Source of the DNA: SAR86 cluster bacterium
Lineage (GTDB): Bacteria; Pseudomonadota; Gammaproteobacteria; Magnimaribacterales; AG-339-G14
DNA: 64,000 nucleotides
NCBI GenBank assembly: GCA_028140145.1
Contig: JAOIOC010000004.1
Span: forward strand, 17,067-81,066
Direction of reading: 5' to 3'
Shown: positions 20,220 through 28,910 of the stretch, in pieces
Position numbering within the stretch: the stretch's first letter is position 1
Layout: each line of letters begins with the position of its first letter
Made by a program: the position numbers and the translations under genes
The notes under the pieces: model-generated
What the model was told of the DNA's origin: nothing
What the model saw: only the letters and a program-made list of their open reading frames with translations
Database searches by the model: none

Positions 20220-21137
20220 TTGTCTGAGAACGCTCTAAAAATAGAAAATCTTTCCAAGATCTATCCAGGAGATCTTGTTGCCCTAAATAATATTTCATTA
20301 GAAGTTAAAAAAGGGGATTTTTATGCATTGCTTGGTCCAAACGGAGCAGGAAAATCAACCACAATTGGCATTATTAGTTCACTAGTAACTAAAACATCTG
20401 GTTTAGTTGAGTTGATGGGCATTGATATTGATGTAAATCACAGCAAGGCTAAAAAAAACCTTGGCGTTGTTGGCCAGGAAGTTAATTTCAATCAGTTTGA
20501 AACTGTTTTGCAAATTCTCGAGCAACAAGCTGGTTACTTTGGCTTGCCCAGAAAAATAATCAAAGAAAGATCTGAGTATTACTTAAGAAATCTAGGCCTC
20601 TGGGATAAGAGGAAAGAACAGGGAAGAAATCTTTCTGGTGGAATGAAACGAAGACTGATGGTCGCAAAAGCCTTGATAAATAATCCAGATCTTTTAATTT
20701 TAGATGAACCAACTGCGGGTGTTGATATTGAACTTAGGAGATCACTTTGGGATTTTTTAATTGAAATTAATAACAACGGAACAACCATCATTTTAACCAC
20801 TCATTACCTAGAAGAAGCAGAAAAGCTATGCAAAAATATTTCCATAATTGATAAGGGAGAGATAGTAAAAACTTCATCAATGCAGTCATTGCTAAGAGAG
20901 TTAGATACAGAGATCTTTATATTTGATTTAAAGGATGAAATTGATTCTAAAAGTATTTCAAACAGTCCCTTTGAAATTAAGATATTGGACACATATCAAA
21001 TTTCAGTTGAGATAAATAAATCACAAAGTTTGAATGAAATTTTTGGATATTTGAATGAAAATAATCTGAATATTCTAAGTATGCGAAATGAAACCAATAG
21101 GTTAGAAGAACTATTTTTGGACTTAACAGAAAAATGA
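20220..21137 (+). CDS. ABC transporter ATP-binding protein (ABC-2 type, YadG-like)
   Basis: Walker A GPNGAGKST, signature LSGGMKRR, Walker B LLILDEPT, H-loop TTHYLEEA. TTG start. Confidence 0.9.
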   Translation: MSENALKIENLSKIYPGDLVALNNISLEVKKGDFYALLGPNGAGKSTTIGIISSLVTKTSGLVELMGIDIDVNHSKAKKNLGVVGQEVNFNQFETVLQILEQQAGYFGLPRKIIKERSEYYLRNLGLWDKRKEQGRNLSGGMKRRLMVAKALINNPDLLILDEPTAGVDIELRRSLWDFLIEINNNGTTIILTTHYLEEAEKLCKNISIIDKGEIVKTSSMQSLLRELDTEIFIFDLKDEIDSKSISNSPFEIKILDTYQISVEINKSQSLNEIFGYLNENNLNILSMRNETNRLEELFLDLTEK

Positions 21138-21907
21138 ATTACACAGAACAAATTAATGCTCTACTTAGCCTTATAAAAAAAGAATTGCACAGGTTTTTCA
21201 GAATTTGGACGCAAAGTTTAATTCCTCCTGTAGCTACCTCAGTTTTATATTTTGTAATCTTTGGCTCTTTAATAGGAAAAAGAATAGGAGATATGGGCGG
21301 GGTAGATTACATGCAATTTATGGCTCCCGGATTAGTAATGTTGTCAGTTATTACAAATTCTTATTCAAATGTAGTCGCTTCTTTTTTTGGAGTTAAATTT
21401 CAAAAAAGCATAGAGGAACTTCTTGTATCTCCAATGCCTATATATTTAATTATTATTGGATTTGTTGTTGGTGGAGTAGCAAGAGGAATAATAGTTGGTC
21501 TTCTAGTGATGATAACAGCTCTTTTTTTTACCAAACTTGAAGTTCAGAATATTCCTTTAACTCTTTTGATAGTAATTCTTACTGCAACTTTATTTTCTCT
21601 AGCTGGAATGATTAATGCAATTTTTGCGAACAGTTTTGATGATATAAGTATCGTTCCAACCTTTGTCCTTACTCCATTAATTTATTTAGGGGGAGTTTTT
21701 TATTCTATCGAACTTCTTTCAGAATTTTGGCAAGGAGTTTCTAAAATCAATCCAATCTTGTATATGGTAAATTCCTTCCGTTACGGGATGATTGGAATAT
21801 CAGATATCAGTGTTGACTATGCCATTTTAATGATTTGTTTATTTATTTTAATTTTTTCCATATTTGTTTATGTTCTCTTAAAAAGAGGAATAGGGATCAG
21901 AACATAA
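21134..21907 (+). CDS. ABC-2 type transporter permease (YadH-like)
   Basis: 257 aa with six TM segments. ATGA overlap with the ATPase gene. Confidence 0.85.
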   Translation: MNYTEQINALLSLIKKELHRFFRIWTQSLIPPVATSVLYFVIFGSLIGKRIGDMGGVDYMQFMAPGLVMLSVITNSYSNVVASFFGVKFQKSIEELLVSPMPIYLIIIGFVVGGVARGIIVGLLVMITALFFTKLEVQNIPLTLLIVILTATLFSLAGMINAIFANSFDDISIVPTFVLTPLIYLGGVFYSIELLSEFWQGVSKINPILYMVNSFRYGMIGISDISVDYAILMICLFILIFSIFVYVLLKRGIGIRT

Positions 21908-21908
21908 A

Positions 21909-22952
21909 ATGTTTGATTTTTTTATTGGTATATTATTTTTCTTTTCATCTTTTAGCTTCAGTGAATTTACAGAAATAAAAAGCTGTGACAATGATGATTC
22001 TTTTTCTATTGTTTGTGGATTTCAAAACCCTGAGGATTTATATTTATCTCCATCACAAAATAAAATAATTATTTCAGAATTTGGTTCTTTAGCTCCAAAT
22101 ACAAAATACGGAAAAATATCATTCTATGATTTAGTTACTGAATCAAAAGGAATTCCAAATTTTCTTTACGAAGAAAATACTTGGGGAGACCCAAAGTGTG
22201 AATTAAAAAGCAGACAATTATCACCTCATGGAATTGATTTGATTCAAAGAGATGATGGCAGGTATATGCTTGCAGTGGTGAATCATCTACCAAGTGAATC
22301 TATTGAGCTCTTCGAGTTAGTTGAAAATGACTCTATTGAATTAATTTGGAGAGGTTGCGTTGATGCACCTGAAAATAAATATTTTAATGATGTGGCACTA
22401 AAGACAGATGGATCTTTTTATATTACTCATATGTATGACTTTGATTCATCTCAGTGGGCAATTGCATTCGCTAGTATGATTAAAAATACAACTGGAGAAG
22501 TATATTTTTGGAACCTTGAAGAGGGCTTTGCATCAGTATCAAATACAAAAGGTTCTTTTCCAAATGGTATTGATTTAGACGCGAATGAAGAAAATTTATA
22601 TATAAATTATTGGTTTTCAGGAAAAACAGTAAAATTTAATTTAAAAAGCTCATCTGTGGAATTTGAACATTTAGGCGGTGGCAAAGATAACTTATTGGTT
22701 ACAGACTCAGGACTCTGGGTTGCTGCTCATGATTATTCTGGTTTGGAGAGCTTACAATGCGATTACTCAATAATTCAATGTCCTTTACCGTTCACGATAC
22801 ATCATTTAGCTTTGGAAAATTTAGACGTGCTAGGTGTTTATAGTTTTTCCAAAGGGCAAATGGGAGCCGCTACTGTTGCGCTTCCTTATGAAAATAAGAT
22901 TTGGCTTGGATCATTTCATGGAGATAGAATAGCCAGTTTCGAATTGAAATAA
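21909..22952 (+). CDS. Paraoxonase/arylesterase (PON)-like six-bladed beta-propeller hydrolase, secreted
   Basis: Collinear with my memory of human PON1: LSPHGIDLIQRDDGRYMLAVVNH vs [23 protein letters not shown] (His115 and His134 equivalents kept), FPNGIDL vs FANGINI, GLWVAAH vs DLWVGCH, and C-terminal IWLGSFHGDRIASFEL vs LLIGTVFHKALYCEL. Confidence 0.8.
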   Translation: MFDFFIGILFFFSSFSFSEFTEIKSCDNDDSFSIVCGFQNPEDLYLSPSQNKIIISEFGSLAPNTKYGKISFYDLVTESKGIPNFLYEENTWGDPKCELKSRQLSPHGIDLIQRDDGRYMLAVVNHLPSESIELFELVENDSIELIWRGCVDAPENKYFNDVALKTDGSFYITHMYDFDSSQWAIAFASMIKNTTGEVYFWNLEEGFASVSNTKGSFPNGIDLDANEENLYINYWFSGKTVKFNLKSSSVEFEHLGGGKDNLLVTDSGLWVAAHDYSGLESLQCDYSIIQCPLPFTIHHLALENLDVLGVYSFSKGQMGAATVALPYENKIWLGSFHGDRIASFELK

Positions 22953-22954
22953 AT

Positions 22955-23044
22955 GGAGAGATGGCAGAGTGGTCGAATGCGCTCGCTTGGAAAGCGGGTA
23001 AGGGGGAAACTCCTTCAAGGGTTCGAATCCCTTTCTCTCCGCCA
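22955..23044 (+). tRNA. tRNA-Ser (anticodon GGA)
   Basis: GGAGAGATGGCAGAGTGGTCGAATGCGCTCGCTTGGAAAGCGGG plus a long variable arm, then GGTTCGAATCCCTTTCTCTCCGCCA. 90 nt, class II tRNA, anticodon loop TTGGAAA. Confidence 0.95.
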
Positions 23045-23052
23045 TCATTAAA

Positions 23053-23907
23053 ATGGAATATATAGATTCAAAATATTTTAGTTACGCTGATCCTGATGAT
23101 CCTTATCTAAAAAGGTTAATCATAAGAACCATTGAAAGTCTTTCAGGTCAACCTGAGCTCTATAAACTTTATAACGAATATCAAAGATCTCCTGAGTTAT
23201 ATAGAAATTTTTGGGAAGGAAGCGTTAAGAAGTTGAATTTGAATGTCAATTTTTCTGAAGAAGCTTTAAAACAGATACCCAAAGAAGGCCCGCTTGTAGT
23301 TGTTGCAAATCATCCCTTTGGTGTATTGGATGGGTTGGTTATCTGTTGGTTAATGAGCCTAGTAAGAGATGATTTTAAAGTTCTAACTCATTCCTTATTA
23401 CTTAGAGCGCCTGAGACTAAGGGATATCTCCTGCCAGTTGATTTTGCATTAACGAAAGAAGCAGTTAAGACAAATTTAGAAACTAGAAAACTTTCTAGAG
23501 AATTTCTCTCGAACGGAGGATCAATTGTTATTTTTCCAAGTGGATGTGTGTCGACTAAGTTGAAAATGAGCGAAAAAATTGCTTTTGATTGCGAGTGGAA
23601 AGTATTTACTTCTAGGCTTATTAAACAAACTGATGCAACTATAGTTCCTATTTATTTTCAAGGACAAAATTCTGAGTTATTTCATTTAGCTAGTCGTTTT
23701 GGATTGATGTTGAGATCTGCACTACTATTCAGGGAAGTAAGAAGAAGAATGGGTACCGAAGTTCCCGTGACTATTGGTAAACCATTGAAACTGAAAGATT
23801 TTGAGGAAAACATATCAAATCAAGATCTGGTAAAAAGTTTAAGAACTTTAACTTATTCTTTAGACCCCAATTTACCTCCAGATCCTCCCATTGGCATGGA
23901 GTTATAA
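23053..23907 (+). CDS. Lysophospholipid/glycerolipid acyltransferase-family protein
   Basis: VVVANHPFGVLDG acyltransferase His-Asp box, and FPSG later. Resembles the acyltransferases associated with aminolipid synthesis. Assigned by motif only. Confidence 0.6.
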   Translation: MEYIDSKYFSYADPDDPYLKRLIIRTIESLSGQPELYKLYNEYQRSPELYRNFWEGSVKKLNLNVNFSEEALKQIPKEGPLVVVANHPFGVLDGLVICWLMSLVRDDFKVLTHSLLLRAPETKGYLLPVDFALTKEAVKTNLETRKLSREFLSNGGSIVIFPSGCVSTKLKMSEKIAFDCEWKVFTSRLIKQTDATIVPIYFQGQNSELFHLASRFGLMLRSALLFREVRRRMGTEVPVTIGKPLKLKDFEENISNQDLVKSLRTLTYSLDPNLPPDPPIGMEL

Positions 23908-23937
23908 AAATTTCTAATTAATAGAATTATAAATATC

Positions 23938-23966
23938 TTGAAAAATATTAGTTTTCCTAATAAATT
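23938..23966 (+). promoter_or_regulatory. Candidate sigma70 promoter for csrA
   Basis: TTGAAA, a 17-nt spacer, then TAAATT, ending about 27 nt before the csrA ATG. AT-rich DNA produces many such matches by chance. Confidence 0.25.
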
Positions 23967-23992
23967 AGGCTTATTAATATTTCTGGGGGGAG

Positions 23993-24157
23993 ATGTTAGT
24001 TTTAAGCAGAAAAAAAGATCAAAAGTTATTGATCGGTGAAAATGTAACCATCACTGTTCTTGAAATTAAGGGCAGCCAAGTCAGATTAGGAATTACTGCA
24101 CCAAATCAAGTTCCAGTCCATCGAGAAGAGATAGTCTCTTTAGAGAAGACTACTTAA
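23993..24157 (+). CDS. csrA: Carbon storage regulator CsrA (54 aa, absent from the ORF track)
   Basis: My translation is [55 protein letters not shown]. coli CsrA is [55 protein letters not shown] lies just upstream of the ATG. Confidence 0.9.
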   Translation: MLVLSRKKDQKLLIGENVTITVLEIKGSQVRLGITAPNQVPVHREEIVSLEKTT

Positions 24158-24189
24158 CCCTTTCTACTTTATACTTAGATTTTTAACGG

Positions 24190-24266
24190 GCGCCCGTAGC
24201 TCAGTTGGATAGAGCACCAGGCTACGAACTTGGGTGTCGGAGGTTCGAATCCTTCCGGGCGTGCCA
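24190..24266 (+). tRNA. tRNA-Arg (anticodon ACG)
   Basis: GCGCCCGTAGCTCAGTTGGATAGAGCACCAGGCTACGAACTTGGGTGTCGGAGGTTCGAATCCTTCCGGGCGTGCCA. Close to E. coli tRNA-Arg(ACG). Anticodon loop CTACGAA. Confidence 0.95.
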
Positions 24267-24288
24267 TTTTTTTATAGTAAAATAAGTC

Positions 24289-25665
24289 ATGGCATTAGAA
24301 CTAAATAGCAGTAAGCAACCCTTCGTAAAGATTAATTCCCCAAAATATAATCTTAAATTTCCTTTCGAAAGAAATTTTGATCTGACGGATCTTATTCTTT
24401 TTACTAAGGGCGATGAACCATATCAGCATTTTGCAAACCTACGAAATAACGCACCGGTATATTTTCATGAAACTGGTCCAGAAGATTCTGAACCTGGATT
24501 CTGGGTTTTAACAAAATATAAAGATATTGAGTTTGTATCAAAAAATCAGGAAATTTTTTCATCTCAGCTGGCTGGCGGAACTGCACTTACCCATGGTTTT
24601 GAACAACAAGATGATTTACCGTTGTATAGATCAACCATGGATCATATGCTCAGTCTAGATGGTATGTTGCATTTGAGTATGCGAAACCCACACATGGCCT
24701 TTTTTAATCCGAAGTACGTATCTAATTTAAGAAAAAAAGTAGAGCTTAAAGTTGATCAGCTATTGGATCAAATTGCACCTTTGGGAAGATGTAATCTTGT
24801 TGAGACAGTTTCAGCAGAGGTCCCAATGTTTACTTTGTGTGAAATGTTAGGAGTCCCTGAAGAAGACAGACCCAAAATCATCGAATGGATGAAATTTCTT
24901 GAAATGGCTCAACTTATTGCTGCTACTCAAGCTGCAGAAAAAGGTGATATTGAATTTTCAGAAGAGCACACTCAAGCAGCTCCTGATCCTGCTCTAGTAG
25001 AAATGTTTACTAATATGGTCGCAGAGATGTTTGATTATGGTAGGACAATTCTAGAATCTAGAAGAAAGGATCCTAAAGATGATCTATTATCTGTGATTGC
25101 AAATATTGAAGTTGAAGGAGAAAAACTACCTAATGAGTATCTAGATGGTTCCTGGTTGTTAATAATTTTTGCAGGAAATGATACGACAAGAAATTCTATC
25201 AGCGGAACGATGAATTTATTGTCTGAGAATCCTGATCAAAAAAACTTAGTTTTAAATGATAAAAGTCTTTTACCAAATATGGTTCATGAATCAATAAGAA
25301 TGGTTTCTCCTGTAAGGTATATGAGAAGAACCACTAAATGCGATACTCAAATTGGAGATCAAGAGATCGGACCAAATGAAAAGGTTTCACTATGGTACGG
25401 CGCCGCAAATAGAGATCCAGAAATATTTACTAATCCCGATAAATTTGATGTAACTAGAGAGAATGCAAAAAAACATCTTGCCTTTGGTTACGGACGACAC
25501 TTATGCCTAGGTAAACATACGGCTAACATGCAGTTAGAAGTTGTCTATGAAAAAATATTCTCAAGGTTTCCTGAAATGGAACAGGATGGAGAAATGATCT
25601 TAACCCCGAATAATTTTGTTAACGCCATCCAAGACGTCCCGGTTAAGTTTAATCCAGAAAAATAG
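24289..25665 (+). CDS. Cytochrome P450 (CYP153-like I-helix)
   Basis: Heme loop FGYGRHLCLG, ExxR (ESIR), and I-helix LLIIFAGNDTTRNS, which resembles the GGNDTTRN of CYP153-type hydroxylases. Confidence 0.9.
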   Translation: MALELNSSKQPFVKINSPKYNLKFPFERNFDLTDLILFTKGDEPYQHFANLRNNAPVYFHETGPEDSEPGFWVLTKYKDIEFVSKNQEIFSSQLAGGTALTHGFEQQDDLPLYRSTMDHMLSLDGMLHLSMRNPHMAFFNPKYVSNLRKKVELKVDQLLDQIAPLGRCNLVETVSAEVPMFTLCEMLGVPEEDRPKIIEWMKFLEMAQLIAATQAAEKGDIEFSEEHTQAAPDPALVEMFTNMVAEMFDYGRTILESRRKDPKDDLLSVIANIEVEGEKLPNEYLDGSWLLIIFAGNDTTRNSISGTMNLLSENPDQKNLVLNDKSLLPNMVHESIRMVSPVRYMRRTTKCDTQIGDQEIGPNEKVSLWYGAANRDPEIFTNPDKFDVTRENAKKHLAFGYGRHLCLGKHTANMQLEVVYEKIFSRFPEMEQDGEMILTPNNFVNAIQDVPVKFNPEK

Positions 25666-25674
25666 TCCTTGATT

Positions 25675-26544
25675 ATGAAATCTCATCATATTTTATGTTT
25701 GTTTTGTTATTCGCTTAGCCTTGCAGCAGCAGCAGTTAGTCTTAGTGCAATCGATTCATTTGGCTTTCATTTATGGGTTGATATTGTCATTGCGCATGTT
25801 GTTAGCACTTTAGTAATTTTTCTATTCAGTACCTTCTATTCTAATTCTAGCTTGTATGATCCTTACTGGTCTGTAGCGCCAGTTCCTATTTACTTTTTCA
25901 TTGCTTTATCTGATGAAAGCGGTATTAACCTTGAACGTATTTTCCTGGTAGGTATTCCGGTAAGTTACTGGGCATTCAGATTGACTCATAATTGGTTGCG
26001 CACTTGGCCAGGTTTATCCAAAGAAGATTTTAGATATGTGAATCTGTACGAAACTTTTGGATCTTTCAAATGGTTCATAAATCTTTTTGGGATTCATCTT
26101 TTTCCTACTTTGATTGTAAATTTGTGTTTGTTCCCTTTATATTTTTATTTTATTGAAAACTCAGCAGATGTAAGTTCATTTGATTATTTAATATGTTTGT
26201 TTACTCTCTCTATGGTTTTACTTGAACAGATATCCGATGAACAAATGCATATTTTTAAAGCGAATATTGAGAATAAAGGGAAAACCATGAATGAGGGTTT
26301 ATGGAAATATTCTCGTCATCCAAACTACCTTGGCGAAGTAGGTTTTTGGTTTGGATTATGTGGTTTTGGGTTAATCGGTACAAATGGTTCTGTTTTTCTT
26401 TTGATTTGCCCTATAGCCATGTTATTAATGTTTATGTTTGCATCTATTCCAATGATGGACAATAGAAGCCTGGAAAATAGACCTGATTATGCAGATTATA
26501 TGAAAAAAACTTCCTCTTTAATGCTTTTTCCAAGCAAAAAATGA
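25675..26544 (+). CDS. DUF1295-family membrane protein (steroid-reductase/ICMT-like superfamily)
   Basis: Multi-pass membrane protein. YSRHPNYLGEVGFWFGL is the DUF1295/reductase C-terminal signature. An alternative TTG start lies at 25669. Confidence 0.7.
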   Translation: MKSHHILCLFCYSLSLAAAAVSLSAIDSFGFHLWVDIVIAHVVSTLVIFLFSTFYSNSSLYDPYWSVAPVPIYFFIALSDESGINLERIFLVGIPVSYWAFRLTHNWLRTWPGLSKEDFRYVNLYETFGSFKWFINLFGIHLFPTLIVNLCLFPLYFYFIENSADVSSFDYLICLFTLSMVLLEQISDEQMHIFKANIENKGKTMNEGLWKYSRHPNYLGEVGFWFGLCGFGLIGTNGSVFLLICPIAMLLMFMFASIPMMDNRSLENRPDYADYMKKTSSLMLFPSKK

Positions 26545-27287
26545 CGACTCATCAATTAGTAATGCTGGTTTGGAGCTTGGTAGGCCTGTCAGTATTTATT
26601 TATTTATTTTATCAAACAGCACCTTACGGAAGACATCAAGAAAAAGGATGGGGCTTTGAAATAAGTTCTCGATGGGGTTGGATCCTTATGGAATCTCCAG
26701 CTTTCTATTTAATGTTAATTTTCTTGATTTTGAATTTTTCAAATAGTTCAAATTTTTCAATTTTTGCTGCTATCTTATTTATGATTCATTACTTTAACCG
26801 AAGTTTCATTTGGCCAATTAGAGCAAGAATAAAAAATAAGAGCATGCCAGTGACTATAGCTTTATCTGCTTTTTTATTTAATTTTGTTAATGTTTATATC
26901 CAAGGAACTTGGCTGTTTTATATATCAGACTATGCAACTAGCCATTTTTACTCTGTTCCATTTTTCTTGGGTCTTAGTCTTTTTTTTATTGGAATGTTTA
27001 TAAACATTAAATCAGATGAAATTTTATTCTCTTTAAGAAAGAAAAATGAGGGATATCAAGTGCCAAAAGGGTTCATGTATAAATATGTATCTTGTCCGAA
27101 TTATTTAGGTGAGTTTATAGAATGGTTAGGGTGGGCAATAATGACACTTAGCACAGCCGGTTTTGTATTTTTTTTCTGGACAGTAGCTAATTTACTTCCA
27201 AGAGCTGTTGCTAACCACAAATGGTACAAAGATAACTTTGAAGATTATCCTAAAGATAGAAAAGCTGTAATTCCTAAACTTTTATAG
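26541..27287 (+). CDS. 3-oxo-5-alpha-steroid 4-dehydrogenase (SRD5A)-family membrane reductase
   Basis: VSCPNYLGEFIEWLGWAI compares with human SRD5A VSGANYFGEIMEWCGYAL. Seven hydrophobic segments. ATGA overlap with the upstream gene. Confidence 0.8.
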   Translation: MTTHQLVMLVWSLVGLSVFIYLFYQTAPYGRHQEKGWGFEISSRWGWILMESPAFYLMLIFLILNFSNSSNFSIFAAILFMIHYFNRSFIWPIRARIKNKSMPVTIALSAFLFNFVNVYIQGTWLFYISDYATSHFYSVPFFLGLSLFFIGMFINIKSDEILFSLRKKNEGYQVPKGFMYKYVSCPNYLGEFIEWLGWAIMTLSTAGFVFFFWTVANLLPRAVANHKWYKDNFEDYPKDRKAVIPKLL

Positions 27288-27455
27288 TTTTTCTTCTATT
27301 TTGTCTATTCTCTTTTCTAGTTCAGAGATCTTCTTGAGAATCTCATTGATCTCATCACTTTTAGCAAAACCAGCGCCTTGAATATATTTTTCTAATGCAG
27401 GTTTTAGGATTTTTTCTATATTTTTGATGTCTTTTGCAATAGTAAAAGGATTCAT
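27282..27455 (-). CDS. Small coiled-coil protein, 57 aa (possibly UbiK/YqiC-like, absent from the ORF track)
   Basis: My translation is MNPFTIAKDIKNIEKILKPALEKYIQGAGFAKSDEINEILKKISELEKRIDKIEEKL. It fills an otherwise empty 214-nt gap. No clear SD. Confidence 0.4.
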   Translation of the reverse strand: MNPFTIAKDIKNIEKILKPALEKYIQGAGFAKSDEINEILKKISELEKRIDKIEEKL

Positions 27456-27501
27456 AATTTTTGTAAGTTAATTGTTATAATTTTAACATTCGGAGGGAGA
27501 A

Positions 27502-27900
27502 ATGGATTTAACAACAAAAGTTATTTTGATTGTCTTATTTGTGTTTTTTGCAACACTTTCCCTTTTTTTTATTATTGATCCTAATTTGATTAGCATTTTT
27601 CCCGGTGCGGGTTTTACCGAGCAGGAAATGTACGAGTGGAGATTACGAACAATCATTCCTTCTCTTTATCTTACAATTTGTTATTTCATTTACAGATTTT
27701 TTGCAGGAAAAAATCCTACCTCAACTTTGTGGCCCATTTATATTGTGATAACTTCATTTGTAATTACCCAGTTTATAGCTTTTTTCTTTATGGGAATTTC
27801 AATAACTCAAGTCGTCTGCTTTCTGATAACAATCGCCACAGCTTTTGCTCTTAGAATGGCTGACTTAAAAAGAAGCAGGCAAATAATAGGTAGATTCTAG
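27502..27900 (+). CDS. Four-TM membrane protein, function unknown
   Basis: 132 aa, hydrophobic. GGAGGGAGA lies 2 nt before the ATG. There are 2 nt to the next gene. Confidence 0.55.
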   Translation: MDLTTKVILIVLFVFFATLSLFFIIDPNLISIFPGAGFTEQEMYEWRLRTIIPSLYLTICYFIYRFFAGKNPTSTLWPIYIVITSFVITQFIAFFFMGISITQVVCFLITIATAFALRMADLKRSRQIIGRF

Positions 27901-27902
27901 CA

Positions 27903-28910
27903 GTGTCTTCTCAGGCTCAAGGACTTCTCTGTCAATATTTATCCGAGGATATGTCTGGCATAAATTTAGGAACTTTAGACCTACCAGAAATCGAAAAAGA
28001 TTTAGTAAAAATAAAAATATCACACGCTTCATTAAATTTTCCAGATTGGTTGATGTCCCAAGGAAAATATCAAAGAAAACCAGAACTACCATTTTTCTTA
28101 GGTATGGAAGGCTCTGGAATTATTGAATCTATTGGTCCGGATGCAAAAGAGTTACAAATTGGTGATGAAGTAATGTTTGGCGGTTGGGGACATGGGGCAA
28201 TGGCCAACTATATTGTTTTGCCTGCATCCAAAATAACAAAGAAACCTAGTGCTTTAAACATGGCAGAAGCAGCTGCTTTTGCCACTGCTTATACTACTGC
28301 ATATGTCTCATTGATTAGGAGAGGGGAGATGAAACCCGATGATGTAGTTCTCATTCATGGTTCATCAGGTGGAGTTGGTATGGCTGCTGTTCAACTTGCA
28401 AAAATGTTTGGCAATAGGGTGATTGCAACGGGAACATCTGATGAGAAACTCCAGATTGTTAAATCATGGGGGGCAGATCATGTCTTGAATACTTTGAAAG
28501 ATGGCATTACTGCTTTTAGAGAAGAAGTTAAAGATCTAACTGATGGTAAAGGAGCTGATGTTATCTATGATCCAGTAGGAGGAGATGTTTTTGATGAGTC
28601 CATTCGTTGTATAAATTGGAATGGAAGATTATTAATTGTTGGTTTCACAAGCGGGAGATTGCCTAGCCTGCCAGTAAATATAGCCCTTATAAAAGGTTTT
28701 TCGGTAATTGGCGTCAGAGCTGGTGAATACGGTATTCGAGATCCTGAAAAGGGAGCAGAAACGAAAAAAATTATCCATGAACTTGCGGAGACAGGAAATT
28801 TAAAGCCACATATATGTAGAGAATTTAATCTAACTGATGCAAAAGATGCCTTGGTATATTTATCTGAAAGAAAATTAGTTGGAAAAGTGGTTATCAAAAA
28901 TAATTTATGA
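27903..28910 (+). CDS. NADPH:quinone oxidoreductase (zeta-crystallin-like MDR)
   Basis: SLNFPDWL, GMEGSGIIE, nucleotide motif HGSSGGVGMAAVQLAK. GTG start. Confidence 0.85.
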   Translation: MSSQAQGLLCQYLSEDMSGINLGTLDLPEIEKDLVKIKISHASLNFPDWLMSQGKYQRKPELPFFLGMEGSGIIESIGPDAKELQIGDEVMFGGWGHGAMANYIVLPASKITKKPSALNMAEAAAFATAYTTAYVSLIRRGEMKPDDVVLIHGSSGGVGMAAVQLAKMFGNRVIATGTSDEKLQIVKSWGADHVLNTLKDGITAFREEVKDLTDGKGADVIYDPVGGDVFDESIRCINWNGRLLIVGFTSGRLPSLPVNIALIKGFSVIGVRAGEYGIRDPEKGAETKKIIHELAETGNLKPHICREFNLTDAKDALVYLSERKLVGKVVIKNNL

